This document shows, one piece after another, positions 20,493 through 30,397 of a stretch of DNA of 64,000 nucleotides (its first letter is position 1; each line of letters begins with the position of its first letter). This DNA comes from Spirochaetia bacterium. GTDB lineage: Bacteria; Spirochaetota; Spirochaetia; SZUA-6; Bin103. The translations under genes were made by a program, and so were the position numbers. Under the pieces are notes generated by a model that was not told where the DNA came from, searched no databases, and saw nothing but the letters and a program-made list of their open reading frames with translations. The stretch covers positions 6,848,001 to 6,912,000 of the forward strand of contig CBDBDQ010000005.1 in assembly GCA_965203905.1 (NCBI GenBank), written 5' to 3'.

Positions 20493-21380
20493 TCAGGCGC
20501 CGCCGGGGCCGAGGCGGCCGCCGCCGCCGCGCAGGCGCGGGTCGAGCAGGTCGCGCATCGCATCGCCCAACATGTTGAAACTGTACACCACGATCGTCAG
20601 GCACAGCCCCGGCCACAGCGCCAGCCAGGGGGCCTGCTCCATGAACCGCCGGCCCTCCCGGCTGAGCATGCCGCCCCAGCTCGGGACCTTGCCCGGCAGC
20701 CCGAAGCCGAGGAAGCTCAGCGACGCTTCGGCCAGGATGACACCGCCGACGTTGATGCTGAAGACGATGATGAGGGGCGCCACGATGTTGGGCAGGACGT
20801 GGCGCACCAGGATCTGCGTGGTGGGCGCGCCGACGGCCTTGGCTGCCAGGAAGTAGTCGTTGCCCTTGGTGGCCACCACGGCGCCTCTGACCACGCGCGA
20901 GCCGCCCACGCCGCCGGCGACCCCCAGCACCACGATGAGCTGTGGCAGACCCCGACCGACAACGGACATGATCGTGAGCAACAGCAGCAGTCCCGGGAAC
21001 GCCATCCAGGCATCGACGAAGCGCTGCACCGCCAGGTCCAGCTTGCCGCCGAGGAATCCGGAGGTGCCGCCGATCACGGTCGCGACCACCACGTTCAGCG
21101 TGGTCGCCGCCAGACCGACGACCAGCGAGATGCGCGCCCCGAAAAGAATACGGCTCAACAGATCGCGGCCCAACTGATCCGTCCCGAGCAGATGGCGAGC
21201 CGATGAGCCCTGCAGTCTTTCTGCCAGGCTCAGTTGATCGAACGGATAGGGGGCCAAAACATCGGCAAAGATCGCCACCAGAATCAGGAGCACGATGACG
21301 ACCCCGCTGGCGATGCCCAGCGGTTTCTCCCGCCACAACCTGGCGAAGAAATCGGTAAACTGGCCGCGCGCCTCATTCAT
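20493..21380 (-). CDS. ABC transporter permease (DppC-like)
   Basis: LGTDQLGRDLLSR, LSFLGFG, GDAMRDLLDPR. Confidence 0.95.
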   Translation of the reverse strand: MNEARGQFTDFFARLWREKPLGIASGVVIVLLILVAIFADVLAPYPFDQLSLAERLQGSSARHLLGTDQLGRDLLSRILFGARISLVVGLAATTLNVVVATVIGGTSGFLGGKLDLAVQRFVDAWMAFPGLLLLLTIMSVVGRGLPQLIVVLGVAGGVGGSRVVRGAVVATKGNDYFLAAKAVGAPTTQILVRHVLPNIVAPLIIVFSINVGGVILAEASLSFLGFGLPGKVPSWGGMLSREGRRFMEQAPWLALWPGLCLTIVVYSFNMLGDAMRDLLDPRLRGGGGRLGPGGA

Positions 21381-22332
21381 AGCGCACCCGCGGGTCCAGC
21401 CAGGAATAGAGCAGGTCGATCAGAAGATTGAACAGCACCACCGCGGTGGCGAAGAACAGGTTGACCCCGGAGACCACCGGGTAGTCCCGGTCTTCGAGAG
21501 CAGTCAGCATGAGCCGACCCAATCCCGGCAGGCTGAAGATGTTCTCCATGATCACCGAGCCACCTACCAGGATAGGCAACTGCAGGCCGACCAGCGATAC
21601 CACCGGGATAAGGGCGTTCTTGACGGCGTGCCGCATGACGACCACCCGCTCCCGCAGACCCTTCGACCAGGCGGTGCGGACGTAGTCCTGCCGCAGCACC
21701 TCCAGCATCATGGTACGCGTCATGCGCATGGTGGCGGCCGCCAGAGCCGTGCCCAGAATCAGGCTCGGGAGGATCAGCACGCCCAGATTCCCCAGCGGGT
21801 CTTCGGAAAGAGGGACCCACTGCATCGGCGGTGCCCACCCCCACCACAGTGCCGGGTAGAGCACCACCATGGTTGCCAGCCAGAAGTTGGGCGTGGCCAG
21901 GCCGAGGATGGCGACCGAGCGCCCCGCGTAGTCGGCGGCGGTATCCTGGCGCATCGCCGAGTAGATGCCGACCGGCAGCGCCAGGGCCAGCCCGATGAGG
22001 ATTGCCAGCACCCCGAGCTCGATGGTTACCGGCAGCCGGCCGATGATCCTCGCCTCCACCGCTTCGCGGTTGCCAATCAGGGAGGGACCAAGGGTGCCCT
22101 CCAGGAGGATGCCTCCGATCCAGCGTGCATACTGCACGTGGGCCGGCACATCCAGGCCGAGCATGTGCTCGAGCGCTGCACGGTCCACCTCCGCGGCCTG
22201 GAGCTCGGTCTTGCCCAACATCGCGTCTATAGCATCGCCGGGGATGAAGCGCACCGAGAGAAAGACCAGCACACTCAGGATGAACAGGGTCGGGATGATC
22301 AGCAGTAACCGCCGGATGATGTACGCGCTCAT
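21373..22332 (-). CDS. ABC transporter permease (DppB-like)
   Basis: YIIRR, IPGD, QDYVRTAWSKGL, LDPRV. Confidence 0.95.
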   Translation of the reverse strand: MSAYIIRRLLLIIPTLFILSVLVFLSVRFIPGDAIDAMLGKTELQAAEVDRAALEHMLGLDVPAHVQYARWIGGILLEGTLGPSLIGNREAVEARIIGRLPVTIELGVLAILIGLALALPVGIYSAMRQDTAADYAGRSVAILGLATPNFWLATMVVLYPALWWGWAPPMQWVPLSEDPLGNLGVLILPSLILGTALAAATMRMTRTMMLEVLRQDYVRTAWSKGLRERVVVMRHAVKNALIPVVSLVGLQLPILVGGSVIMENIFSLPGLGRLMLTALEDRDYPVVSGVNLFFATAVVLFNLLIDLLYSWLDPRVRYE

Positions 22333-22349
22333 ATCTTGGTGCCAAATGG

Positions 22350-22474
22350 GCGCCGGGAGGCGGTGCTCGGCGCTCCCGGCGCCCTGGCAGCCCGTGGCGA
22401 AACTCCGCCTGCATTGAATGCGTGCAACGCCGGGTTCCGCCACGGGCTGCTATGTGGAGTCGCGCAGCGACTCC
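22350..22474. repeat. three consecutive GC-rich hairpins (REP-like) between SBP and permease
   Basis: GGCGCCGGGAG..CTCCCGGCGCC; GCAGCCCGTGGCG..CGCCACGGGCTGC; GGAGTCGC..GCGACTCC. Confidence 0.6.
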
Positions 22475-22503
22475 CGTTGCAATCGGCCAAGGGGCGATTG
22501 ACT

Positions 22504-24303
22504 CTAGAAGCCCATTTCTGTCTTCAGCGCACTGTCGATCCAAAGGCGGGCGAACATATCATTTCCTTTCCCCCATCCCAGGCCACCGTCGAGCTCACCG
22601 TTGTAGCCGACGATCCACGGCTGGACGTACCAGTGTATAGGGGACATGGGACCCCATATCAGCCAGTGCCGCGACATCGCATACTCGTCTGCGTCGGCAA
22701 TCAGCCTCCGCACCTCCTCGGGCGTTCGAGCGCTCAGAGCGGCGTCGACCATGGCGTCCAGCTCCGGCCACTGGGACCCGCCGCGGTTCCACTGCGCCTT
22801 CGAGTGATACCAACTTACCGCGTTCAAAGGATCGAAGTTGTTTCTCGCGATCTGGCTGTACATGCCTTTCCCGGTACGTGCGAAGAGCCTCTCGTGGTAT
22901 TCGGCGGAGGACAGCTCGTCGATCTCGACCACGACGCCGATCTCCGCCCAGTACGCGGCGGCAATGTGCGAATAGTCCAGGTCTGCCCACGCCCCGTAGT
23001 TCAGGGTGGTCGTGAACCTGGTGCCGTCGGCGCGGCGCGGATATCCGGCCTCGTCGAGCAGTTTCTCGGCCCGTTCCGGGTCGTACCGGTAATATTGCTT
23101 GACCTCTTCGTCCCACTCCTCGAAGGGGTGGTAGAAGCCCTGCACCCCTATCAGCCCTTGAGGTGTCGGGTCGGCGCCGCCCTTCCAGTACGTACGGGCG
23201 ATGGTCTCGTTGTCCAGCGCCATCTGCATCGCGCGCAGCACGTTGATGTCGTTGAAGGGTGGCTCGCGATGGTTGGGCGCAAAGGACGCCACCGACCGGA
23301 ACCAGATTTCGTGCACCGCGATCTCGGGGTTGGTCTTGCGCATGCTTTCGGCCGCGTCCAGAGAGGTATCCCACCTCTTCCAGTCGATCGTGCGTGAGCG
23401 CAGCGCTGCGTAGGTGGCTGCTTCGTCCGGAATGATCACGTACCTGATCTCGTCAACGTAGGGCAGTTGGTTCTCGGGGTACTTTTCGTCATAGCCCCAG
23501 TAGTCGGGATTCTTGGTCAAGGTTATCGAGCTCTCCTCGACCAGGTCCGTCAACATGAACGGCCCGGTGCCGACCAGGTTGCGCCAGTCCTTACCGTCGC
23601 CATGCTGCTCGATCACCTCGGGGGGCATCATGAACGCCACCCCGTTGACCACTCCCAGCACCAGCCGCAACAGGTTTGGGCGTGGCTCGGTCACCTTGAT
23701 CACCACCGTCACATCGTCGGTGGCCGTTATCGATTCCCATGGCAGGCTCTTGAGTTGGTCGGCGCCGCCAAAGGGGGTCGGTCCGGCCTCGGCGAAGTCG
23801 CCCATGCCCAGCAAGCGGTGGAAGTTGTACTCGACGTCGTGGGCGGTGAACTGCCGACCGTTCATCGGCGCCTTGTCGTGCCAGCGAACGCCCGGGCGGA
23901 TGTGGAAGGTATAGGTGAGGCCGTCCGGGGAAATCTCCCAACTCTCCGCCAACTGCCCAATCACGTGTTCGTCCGGCGTGTGCAAGGTTTTCAGGTCCCA
24001 TACGTCTCGATCTACTCCCCAGTTCATAATACCGAGACCCTCTGAGACCGCGCCGGTAAAGCTCGGCCAGCCGAAGTAGGGGTCAGTGGAAGCCTGAGTA
24101 AGACCAGGCCCTCCGTGGGCGGTTATTGTCCCGCCATATTCCGGCGCCACCACCACCTCGCCGGTGGTGGGGTCTGTCACATACCTCTTCTCGGCCGCGG
24201 CGGCGGTCGAACCCTCCTCTTCGCCGGCGGCCCACAGGCCGGTAGCGGCCAGGACCAGGACGGACAGTACCGCAAGGCACTTACCGAACAGAACGTGTCT
24301 CAT
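22504..24303 (-). CDS. ABC transporter substrate-binding protein, family 5
   Basis: Signal peptide; PEYGG, LAESWE, WHDKAPMNGR, VGTGPF. Confidence 0.95.
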   Translation of the reverse strand: MRHVLFGKCLAVLSVLVLAATGLWAAGEEEGSTAAAAEKRYVTDPTTGEVVVAPEYGGTITAHGGPGLTQASTDPYFGWPSFTGAVSEGLGIMNWGVDRDVWDLKTLHTPDEHVIGQLAESWEISPDGLTYTFHIRPGVRWHDKAPMNGRQFTAHDVEYNFHRLLGMGDFAEAGPTPFGGADQLKSLPWESITATDDVTVVIKVTEPRPNLLRLVLGVVNGVAFMMPPEVIEQHGDGKDWRNLVGTGPFMLTDLVEESSITLTKNPDYWGYDEKYPENQLPYVDEIRYVIIPDEAATYAALRSRTIDWKRWDTSLDAAESMRKTNPEIAVHEIWFRSVASFAPNHREPPFNDINVLRAMQMALDNETIARTYWKGGADPTPQGLIGVQGFYHPFEEWDEEVKQYYRYDPERAEKLLDEAGYPRRADGTRFTTTLNYGAWADLDYSHIAAAYWAEIGVVVEIDELSSAEYHERLFARTGKGMYSQIARNNFDPLNAVSWYHSKAQWNRGGSQWPELDAMVDAALSARTPEEVRRLIADADEYAMSRHWLIWGPMSPIHWYVQPWIVGYNGELDGGLGWGKGNDMFARLWIDSALKTEMGF

Positions 24304-25029
24304 GAGTCGACTCTCCTCTCGTCGTTGCGAGTCGTTTCGGGAGCGCTCGCGTCACTGCCGGCCCTTCGCCCCACTCCCGCGGCATGCCTGCGCACGCGCA
24401 GGCAACCGAAAAGCGAAGGAGGCAGACTCCGGGGTGCCCGCGGCGGACCCGGACCGCTCGGGCGTTAGTCGGGTGTCATCGATTCCCGGGCATCGATTGT
24501 CGGCGTTGTCCGTCTCACGGAAACACCTTGCCTCCTCCTTGCACGCGTGCACACGTCGACGGGATGGTGGCCGGCGTGGCAGGGAGCTGAGTGGCCGGCA
24601 ACGCCGGCAGGTGATTGTTGTGATGTGACTGGCGCGGGCGGGTGCGGGACGGCTGGGGTCGTCACTGGAAATGACCGGCGGTCGGCACGCCGGTGCGGCG
24701 GGACCGGCGCCACGCGGTTCCGAGCGTGCTGCCAGACAGGTAGCGGGCGCAGCATCGCGCGAGCGTACCCAGTGCTGACAAGGTGCGCTCGGGACATGAA
24801 CGGTGTTCAGAGCGAGCGCTTATTGCTTCAGCGTTAAGTAGTTGGGGGGGACGTACCGGTGGCGCTGCTGGAGTCAGCCGGCGACAGGGCCGGGTTGCCT
24901 GGTCACGCCAGATCCACATCCATCCGAGTCCCTACTGTCACTGTACCACACGCCCGACACCGGTCAAGCACGCGTTTGCAATGCAACGTTCGTTCGGGCC
25001 GATCGGCCGATGAATCATATCGCGCCGCT

Positions 25030-25230
25030 CAGCGGCGCCTCCAGGTCTCGATCCGCTCCAGGTCCTTGCGCAGCACCTTGCACTCCACCACGAAGCGGCG
25101 CTCACGCCCGCCCTGCGGCCATACGATCAGCAGTCGGTGCGCCCGTGCCCCAGCGCGTACTCCCGCTCGATCCCCCCACCGCCGTTCACGATGCGCGCCC
25201 CGGGAATACCTGCAGGGTGTCTTGAGTGTC
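25030..25230 (-). pseudogene. C-terminal remnant of an AAA-ATPase/PD-(D/E)xK protein
   Basis: Frameshifted RIVNGGGGIEREYALGHGR / LLIVWPQGGRERRFVVECKVL. Confidence 0.55.
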
Positions 25231-25245
25231 CCATGATCCCGCCTC

Positions 25246-26193
25246 TCACCCCCGCTCCGGGTCGATGCCCGACCGGCGCAGGAGCGCCGCCAGCCGTTCG
25301 GCCCGTCGGCGCTCCTCACTCAGCAGCTGCTCCGCGTGCTCGGCACGTTGGCGTTCCTGATCCGCGCGTTGGCGTTCCTGGTCCGCGCGCTGGCCTTCCT
25401 GGTCCGCACGCTGGCCTTCCTGGTCCGCGCGCTGGCGTTGTTCCCTGCCCGTCGGAATCAGCACGTCGTGCTCGTCCATCCAGCGCAGCCACCCGCTCCA
25501 CCACACGCCCTCGAACTCCCCCTCCCACAGCCTCAGTCCCAACCGCAGCTCCGGGAACCGGGGCCGCTCTTGGCGTTCGTAGCTCCCGTTCCGCAACCGA
25601 TACACGCGCAGATCGTCCCGCATCACCCGATGAAACGGATCGTAGATCACGTAGTACCCCACTCCCATGCGCACGTAGCTGAGCCTCTTGCTCCCTACTT
25701 CGTTGCCTTCCCGGTTCGAGACGATCTCCACCACCAGATCCGGTGGCTTGCCGAACTCCCACACGAAATAGGAGCGGTGCCTCTTGTCCCACCAGTTGTC
25801 CGCCACCTGCACGTCCAGGCTCACGAACACGTCCGGCACGATCGCGGGGTTGCGCGCCTCCCCAAACACGCCGACGTTGGCAGCCGCAAGAAACGTGCGC
25901 CCGCCGCCCGGACCGGCCCACGAGCTGTACAGCGGCTCGGTGAGCAGCCGTTGCTGCTTCTCAGAGGGCATGTTGTCCACCGGCGTTTCATCCTCGGTCA
26001 CCAGAGATTCGATGTCGACACTCACTGGCGGCGGCGCCGCCACCGCAACCCCTGCCCCCTGGACCGTGGCCGCACGCGGCACGCTCGAGGCCGGCCTCGT
26101 GAGCACCCTGTCCGGCGGGGCCGGCTCCGCTCCGGGGGCGCTGGATTGTGGATCAAGCGCGGAATGACCACGGTGGGGGTTAGTCGGCTCCAT
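25246..26193 (-). CDS. Uma2 family (DUF820) endonuclease-like protein with coiled-coil tail
   Basis: EDETPVDN..SEKQQRLL, VPDVF, PPDLVVEIVS, YYVIYDP; QRADQE repeats; start uncertain. Confidence 0.88.
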   Translation of the reverse strand: MEPTNPHRGHSALDPQSSAPGAEPAPPDRVLTRPASSVPRAATVQGAGVAVAAPPPVSVDIESLVTEDETPVDNMPSEKQQRLLTEPLYSSWAGPGGGRTFLAAANVGVFGEARNPAIVPDVFVSLDVQVADNWWDKRHRSYFVWEFGKPPDLVVEIVSNREGNEVGSKRLSYVRMGVGYYVIYDPFHRVMRDDLRVYRLRNGSYERQERPRFPELRLGLRLWEGEFEGVWWSGWLRWMDEHDVLIPTGREQRQRADQEGQRADQEGQRADQERQRADQERQRAEHAEQLLSEERRRAERLAALLRRSGIDPERG

Positions 26194-26244
26194 GCGGTCA
26201 CCAGCATACACCGAGCAAGCAGCAACAGCCACTCCGCAGCACGT

Positions 26245-27250
26245 CGTCTCGGTTGACCAGATCGATCTCTTCCTGGCGTTCGAGAAATGGACGCAGGTCG
26301 GTCACCGCGCGATCCCAATTCATCGCATCCAATCGCTCGGCCAGCGACCGCCGCCACGTGTGCGGCGTCATCTCCCGGCCGGGCCATTCGGTCTGCCTGA
26401 GCGCCGCGTTGAGGAGCGGGAAATTGGGCGGCGGCCATCCCGGGTCGCTCAGATACCAGATCAGGTCGTACCGGTCGCGTCCCTTGGTGCAGGGACGCTG
26501 CAGCACGGCATGCAGTTTGCCGGCGAGCTGGGATGCGCGGTCATGGTGAAACAACCGGAGCGTCTCGTGACGGCGTACCAGGCTGGTGTCCATCGTCGCT
26601 CCAGCGGGCGGCCGGGTGTCCACTTCGACCTTGATGGCGAGCACTTCCGCCCGGTGCGGCGACAGACCGATTTCGTACAGCAGGCCCGGGAACCGCACCA
26701 GCGCATTGTGCACGGTGCGGGATTCCCGAACGCGGACCTCGATACGGTAGTCCTCCGCCGCCAGTTCGCCGCGGATCGTTTGCAGCCAGCCGCGCAGTCG
26801 GTAACCACCGGATTCGCCTTCCAAGGCGAAACCCAGGTCTTCGGAATAGCGCGGCAGGCTGACAGGAAACGCAGTTCGTGCAGGGACGCGGGCCGCTGCG
26901 GGCCGGAACGTCGCGCCAAGACGGCGCATGCGGCCGGCCGCGCGCGCCAGCTTCGGCGTCGCACAGGTCTCGGCAAGCGCCTCCAACCGGTCAAGGCGCA
27001 ACGCATCGAAATCCAAACGCAACTCCCGGAGATATGCCGCGTCGTCGCCGCCGGGATGCAGATGGATCAGGTCGAGCAGCGCTTTCTCCGGCTCCGCCAC
27101 GAATGCGCGTTGACCGTCCCCCAGGTCCACGTGGCGATAGCCGAACAGCAAGCCGGGCTTCAGGTGGCGGAAGGAACATCTGCCAAACGCCGTATGGCGC
27201 AGCTACGGCCGCCTCGGCGTAACGCTGGTCACTTTGTAGCCATAGGAGTA
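26245..27250 (-). pseudogene. deletion-fused AbiEi/AbiEii type IV TA remnant
   Basis: AbiEi-like AEPEKALLDL joined in frame to AbiEii-like LPRYSEDL...AGKLHAVLQR...KGRDRYDL; the GGT motif is missing. Confidence 0.7.
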
Positions 27251-27372
27251 ACGAACAGCCCGCGTGAAGCGGCCTGCCAGACGAAAGGCCGCCGGTCTGC
27301 GCTGGTGATGCTGGCATACCGGCGCCGCGACCGACCGGCCGCCGGCGTTCCCGGGCTGCAGAAACGCCCGGT

Positions 27373-28422
27373 TCAGATCAAGAAGGGTTGGTCTCCAGCA
27401 TCAGGTTCGAGACGGTTGGCCCGTGACTGGATTTCCGCGCAATGCGCCATGATCACCTCGAACGGCGCCTCATCATCCAGCAGCATGCCGTCGGCGAGCA
27501 TCTTGTTGTAGTCATCTGCCAACGTCGCGCGGGCGGGTCCGTCAGGGGCCAGTTGCAGTTCGCCCGACACGGCGGTCTCGTAGTCGATCCGGTTCCCCAC
27601 CGCGTCGTTCTCGGCGAAGAACATCGCCTTGTGACGGGCGACCGCTCGTGCCAGGACACGGTCGGCCAAAGCCCGTGCCGCGATTCCGGCGTCATCCAGC
27701 CGCACCAGATCATGCCAGTGCCGTGACTGACGCTGCCCCCGGCGCCGCCGCTGCCGGCAGAACACGTGCATGGCCGTCGCCTTCTCCCAAAAGGTCCGCT
27801 CAGCCAGCATGACGGACGGACGTGCGGTCGGGAATGAGAGGTCAGGCAGGTAGGCCGCGGCGTCGCACACCACGGGGCGTTGCTCGTGCGGCTCACCGGT
27901 CGAGCGGGCGCCGAATTCGACCAGGACCTCCGGCTGTACGAAGCCGTAGCGATCGAACAGTGGTTCGTAGGCGACATGCAGACTGTCCCGCTCGGCACGT
28001 ACCCGGACATTGGGAACGGCGCGCGCGAGTTGCTCTGCGATCTCCGGCAGGGCTCGCTCCCGGACCCATGCCGTCAGCCGCTGGCGGATCGTCCGCGTCC
28101 AGCGCCGTTCCTGGCTGCGCGTGGGCGGAAGTGCATCAGCGGCCGCACCGGATACCAGGTCCGGTGCGATAGCACGGATGTCGCGGGTGATGTCGACATC
28201 CTCCGAGAACCGGCGGACCGCGGCGTACGCCTTCGCCAGCGACGTGCCACCCTTGAATACCAGTTCCCGCCCGAAGGACGCGCTGAACAGCGCATCCAGC
28301 ACCTCTACGACCCAGATGTCTTTCTCCAGCAGATGAGCAGGCCTGCCGCTCCGGGCCTGTGCCAATCTCAGGGCGTAGCGTCTGTCTTCCGCGGAAAGCG
28401 ATTGGAAGGGTGCCTCAGGCAC
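27373..28422 (-). CDS. AbiEii/AbiGii nucleotidyltransferase toxin
   Basis: LEKDIWV, FKGGTSLAKAY, RFSEDVD, RTFWEKAT, RHWHD. Confidence 0.92.
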   Translation of the reverse strand: MPEAPFQSLSAEDRRYALRLAQARSGRPAHLLEKDIWVVEVLDALFSASFGRELVFKGGTSLAKAYAAVRRFSEDVDITRDIRAIAPDLVSGAAADALPPTRSQERRWTRTIRQRLTAWVRERALPEIAEQLARAVPNVRVRAERDSLHVAYEPLFDRYGFVQPEVLVEFGARSTGEPHEQRPVVCDAAAYLPDLSFPTARPSVMLAERTFWEKATAMHVFCRQRRRRGQRQSRHWHDLVRLDDAGIAARALADRVLARAVARHKAMFFAENDAVGNRIDYETAVSGELQLAPDGPARATLADDYNKMLADGMLLDDEAPFEVIMAHCAEIQSRANRLEPDAGDQPFLI

Positions 28423-29011
28423 GTGCGATGAGTGCGCTCACCGGCTGCGCCATCCACGCCGGCATGGTCGCGCGTGCCGCCGACAGATCCGCCAGGTCTT
28501 CGGACGACAGGCGAGGTGCCGCCAAAGCGAGACCGTCCTCGACTTCGTGCGGGCCGAGCCAGGCCAGTGCTCGGACGAGATCGCCGGCACGGCGGTTCGG
28601 CGCGACCAATTGCCACCGAGGCGCATGGCGTAACCGCACGAGCAACCGGAAAAAGTACAGCCGGCGGCTGTGACCGGAGGTCAGATACACCGGCTGCACC
28701 GGAATCTGGGTCGTGAGACCGAGAACGTTGGCGGCGGCCCCACCGCTGGGGACGATGGTCTCGCCCCATAGTGCCGAGAGTGATTCGATCGCCTTCTCGA
28801 CGGAGGGGCTGCAGAGACCGAATCGGGTCTCGATGGGGCACATGTACACCCCCCGGAAGATCCGCAGGAGTTGCTCGGCGTGAACCAGCCGCGACAGCGC
28901 CTGATCAACGGCCGCGCGGCTCCCCAGGTGCAGCAGGGCACGGGGGCAAATCGGCATCGCCTCAGGTAGCGCTGAGGCGTACTCCAGAATGCGACTAGAC
29001 AGGCTCGGCAT
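28415..29011 (-). CDS. AbiEi-type antitoxin (DUF6088-like)
   Basis: SRAAVDQALSRL, GAAANVLGLTTQIP, YLTSG; overlaps the toxin start. Confidence 0.88.
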   Translation of the reverse strand: MPSLSSRILEYASALPEAMPICPRALLHLGSRAAVDQALSRLVHAEQLLRIFRGVYMCPIETRFGLCSPSVEKAIESLSALWGETIVPSGGAAANVLGLTTQIPVQPVYLTSGHSRRLYFFRLLVRLRHAPRWQLVAPNRRAGDLVRALAWLGPHEVEDGLALAAPRLSSEDLADLSAARATMPAWMAQPVSALIARA

Positions 29012-29436
29012 AGGCGTATCCCTTAGTTGTCAGAAACATAACAGTTCTACTGACGGCCGCCAAGGAGCGCCAAGGAGCCGGCGCCGTTCTTGATGACAGT
29101 TCAGCGCAGTGTGCGCCAGGCCAACTGGCTAACCGGCATTTTACACGGGGATCAGACGCTGCAGTTCAGTTCATGCTCGGGTTGTAGTGAGCCACACTAC
29201 CTGGTAGGGCGCCAGTTCGAACTCCCACGTGCTGCCGGCGGGCAGCTGTTCCGGAGGCGCGCCCGGAAAGCGGCCGACCAGGTCGACGAGCGCCGAACTG
29301 TGCATGGGCGTGAGCTGACCGTCAGGCGTCGCTCATTCTTGGCGACAAGATCGACAACATCTCCGCCGATCTCGCCACGAGCCCCCGACGGGTATCTGAG
29401 CAAGACGACACCAAGGCTCGGCTCTGCGTGTGCCGG

Positions 29437-30381
29437 CTAGTTGGCGCGATCGGCACCGAGCCGAGCGCCACCACGCGTGAGCGTGGTCGCGCCACGCAGC
29501 CTCGGGTCGAGGAGGTCCCGCATGGCGTCGCCGAACATGTTGAGACTGTAAACGGTAATGGTCAGGCATAGACCAGGCCAGAGTGCCAGCCATGGCGCCA
29601 TCTCCATGAACTGACGCCCGTCCCGGCTGAGCAGACCTCCCCAGTCAGGAGTCGTGTACGGCAGACCGAATCCGAGGAAGCTCAGAGAAGCAATACTCAG
29701 GATCACACCTCCGATGTTGATGCTGAATATGATGATCATGACCGGCATGATATTGAGCAGGACATGGCGGACCAGAGTTGTGGTGCTGCGGCTCCCAATT
29801 GCCCGCGCTGCCAGAAAGTAGTCATTCTCTTTGATGCCGATCACGGCGCCTCTGACTACTCGTGAGCCGCCAATGCCTCCTGATAACCCCAGGACCACTA
29901 TTATCTGTGGTACACCCTGCCCCACGATGGACATTATCGTCAACAATATGAGCAGCCCCGGAAAAACTATCCAGGCATCGACAAATCTCTGCATAACCAG
30001 GTCAAGTTTGCCGCCAATGAATCCTGAAGTGCCGCCTATCAGGACAGCGACCACAACATTGAGAGCCGTCGTCGCCAGACCGACAATCAACGAAATACGA
30101 GTCCCGTAGATGATGCGGCTCAAGAAGTCTCGCCCCAACTGGTCGGTACCCATGAGATACTGGGCTGATGGGCCCTGAAGCCTGTCTACGGGGTGCACTT
30201 CCCAATAGGGATACGGAGCCAGAACATCGGCAAAGACAGCCACCAGAATCAATATCAATATGACAATCCCGCAGGCAGTACCCAGTGGCTTCTCCTTCAT
30301 CAGCCTGACAAAGAAATAGGCCAGCCCGGCAGATCTCTCTGGCGCGTTTGCTGCTGGCGGCATCCCCGTGGCATTACTCAT
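29437..30381 (-). CDS. ABC transporter permease (DppC-like)
   Basis: MGTDQLGRDFLSR, GDAMRDLLDPR; paralog of 20493-21380. Confidence 0.95.
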   Translation of the reverse strand: MSNATGMPPAANAPERSAGLAYFFVRLMKEKPLGTACGIVILILILVAVFADVLAPYPYWEVHPVDRLQGPSAQYLMGTDQLGRDFLSRIIYGTRISLIVGLATTALNVVVAVLIGGTSGFIGGKLDLVMQRFVDAWIVFPGLLILLTIMSIVGQGVPQIIVVLGLSGGIGGSRVVRGAVIGIKENDYFLAARAIGSRSTTTLVRHVLLNIMPVMIIIFSINIGGVILSIASLSFLGFGLPYTTPDWGGLLSRDGRQFMEMAPWLALWPGLCLTITVYSLNMFGDAMRDLLDPRLRGATTLTRGGARLGADRAN

Positions 30382-30397
30382 TGTCGATTTCTCCCAG

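Larger units (their letters stand above)
24176..26244. repeat. segmental duplication copy 1 (SBP N-terminus, leader, ATPase remnant, Uma2 gene)
   Basis: Near-identical to 33091-35143 except ~24690-24850 and the 21-bp repeat count; identity ends at ACTCCGCAGCACGT. Confidence 0.93.

Noticed and set aside
29040-29436. Possible gene in the spacer between AbiEi and the permease
   Set aside because: No motif or convincing frame; probably a decayed remnant.
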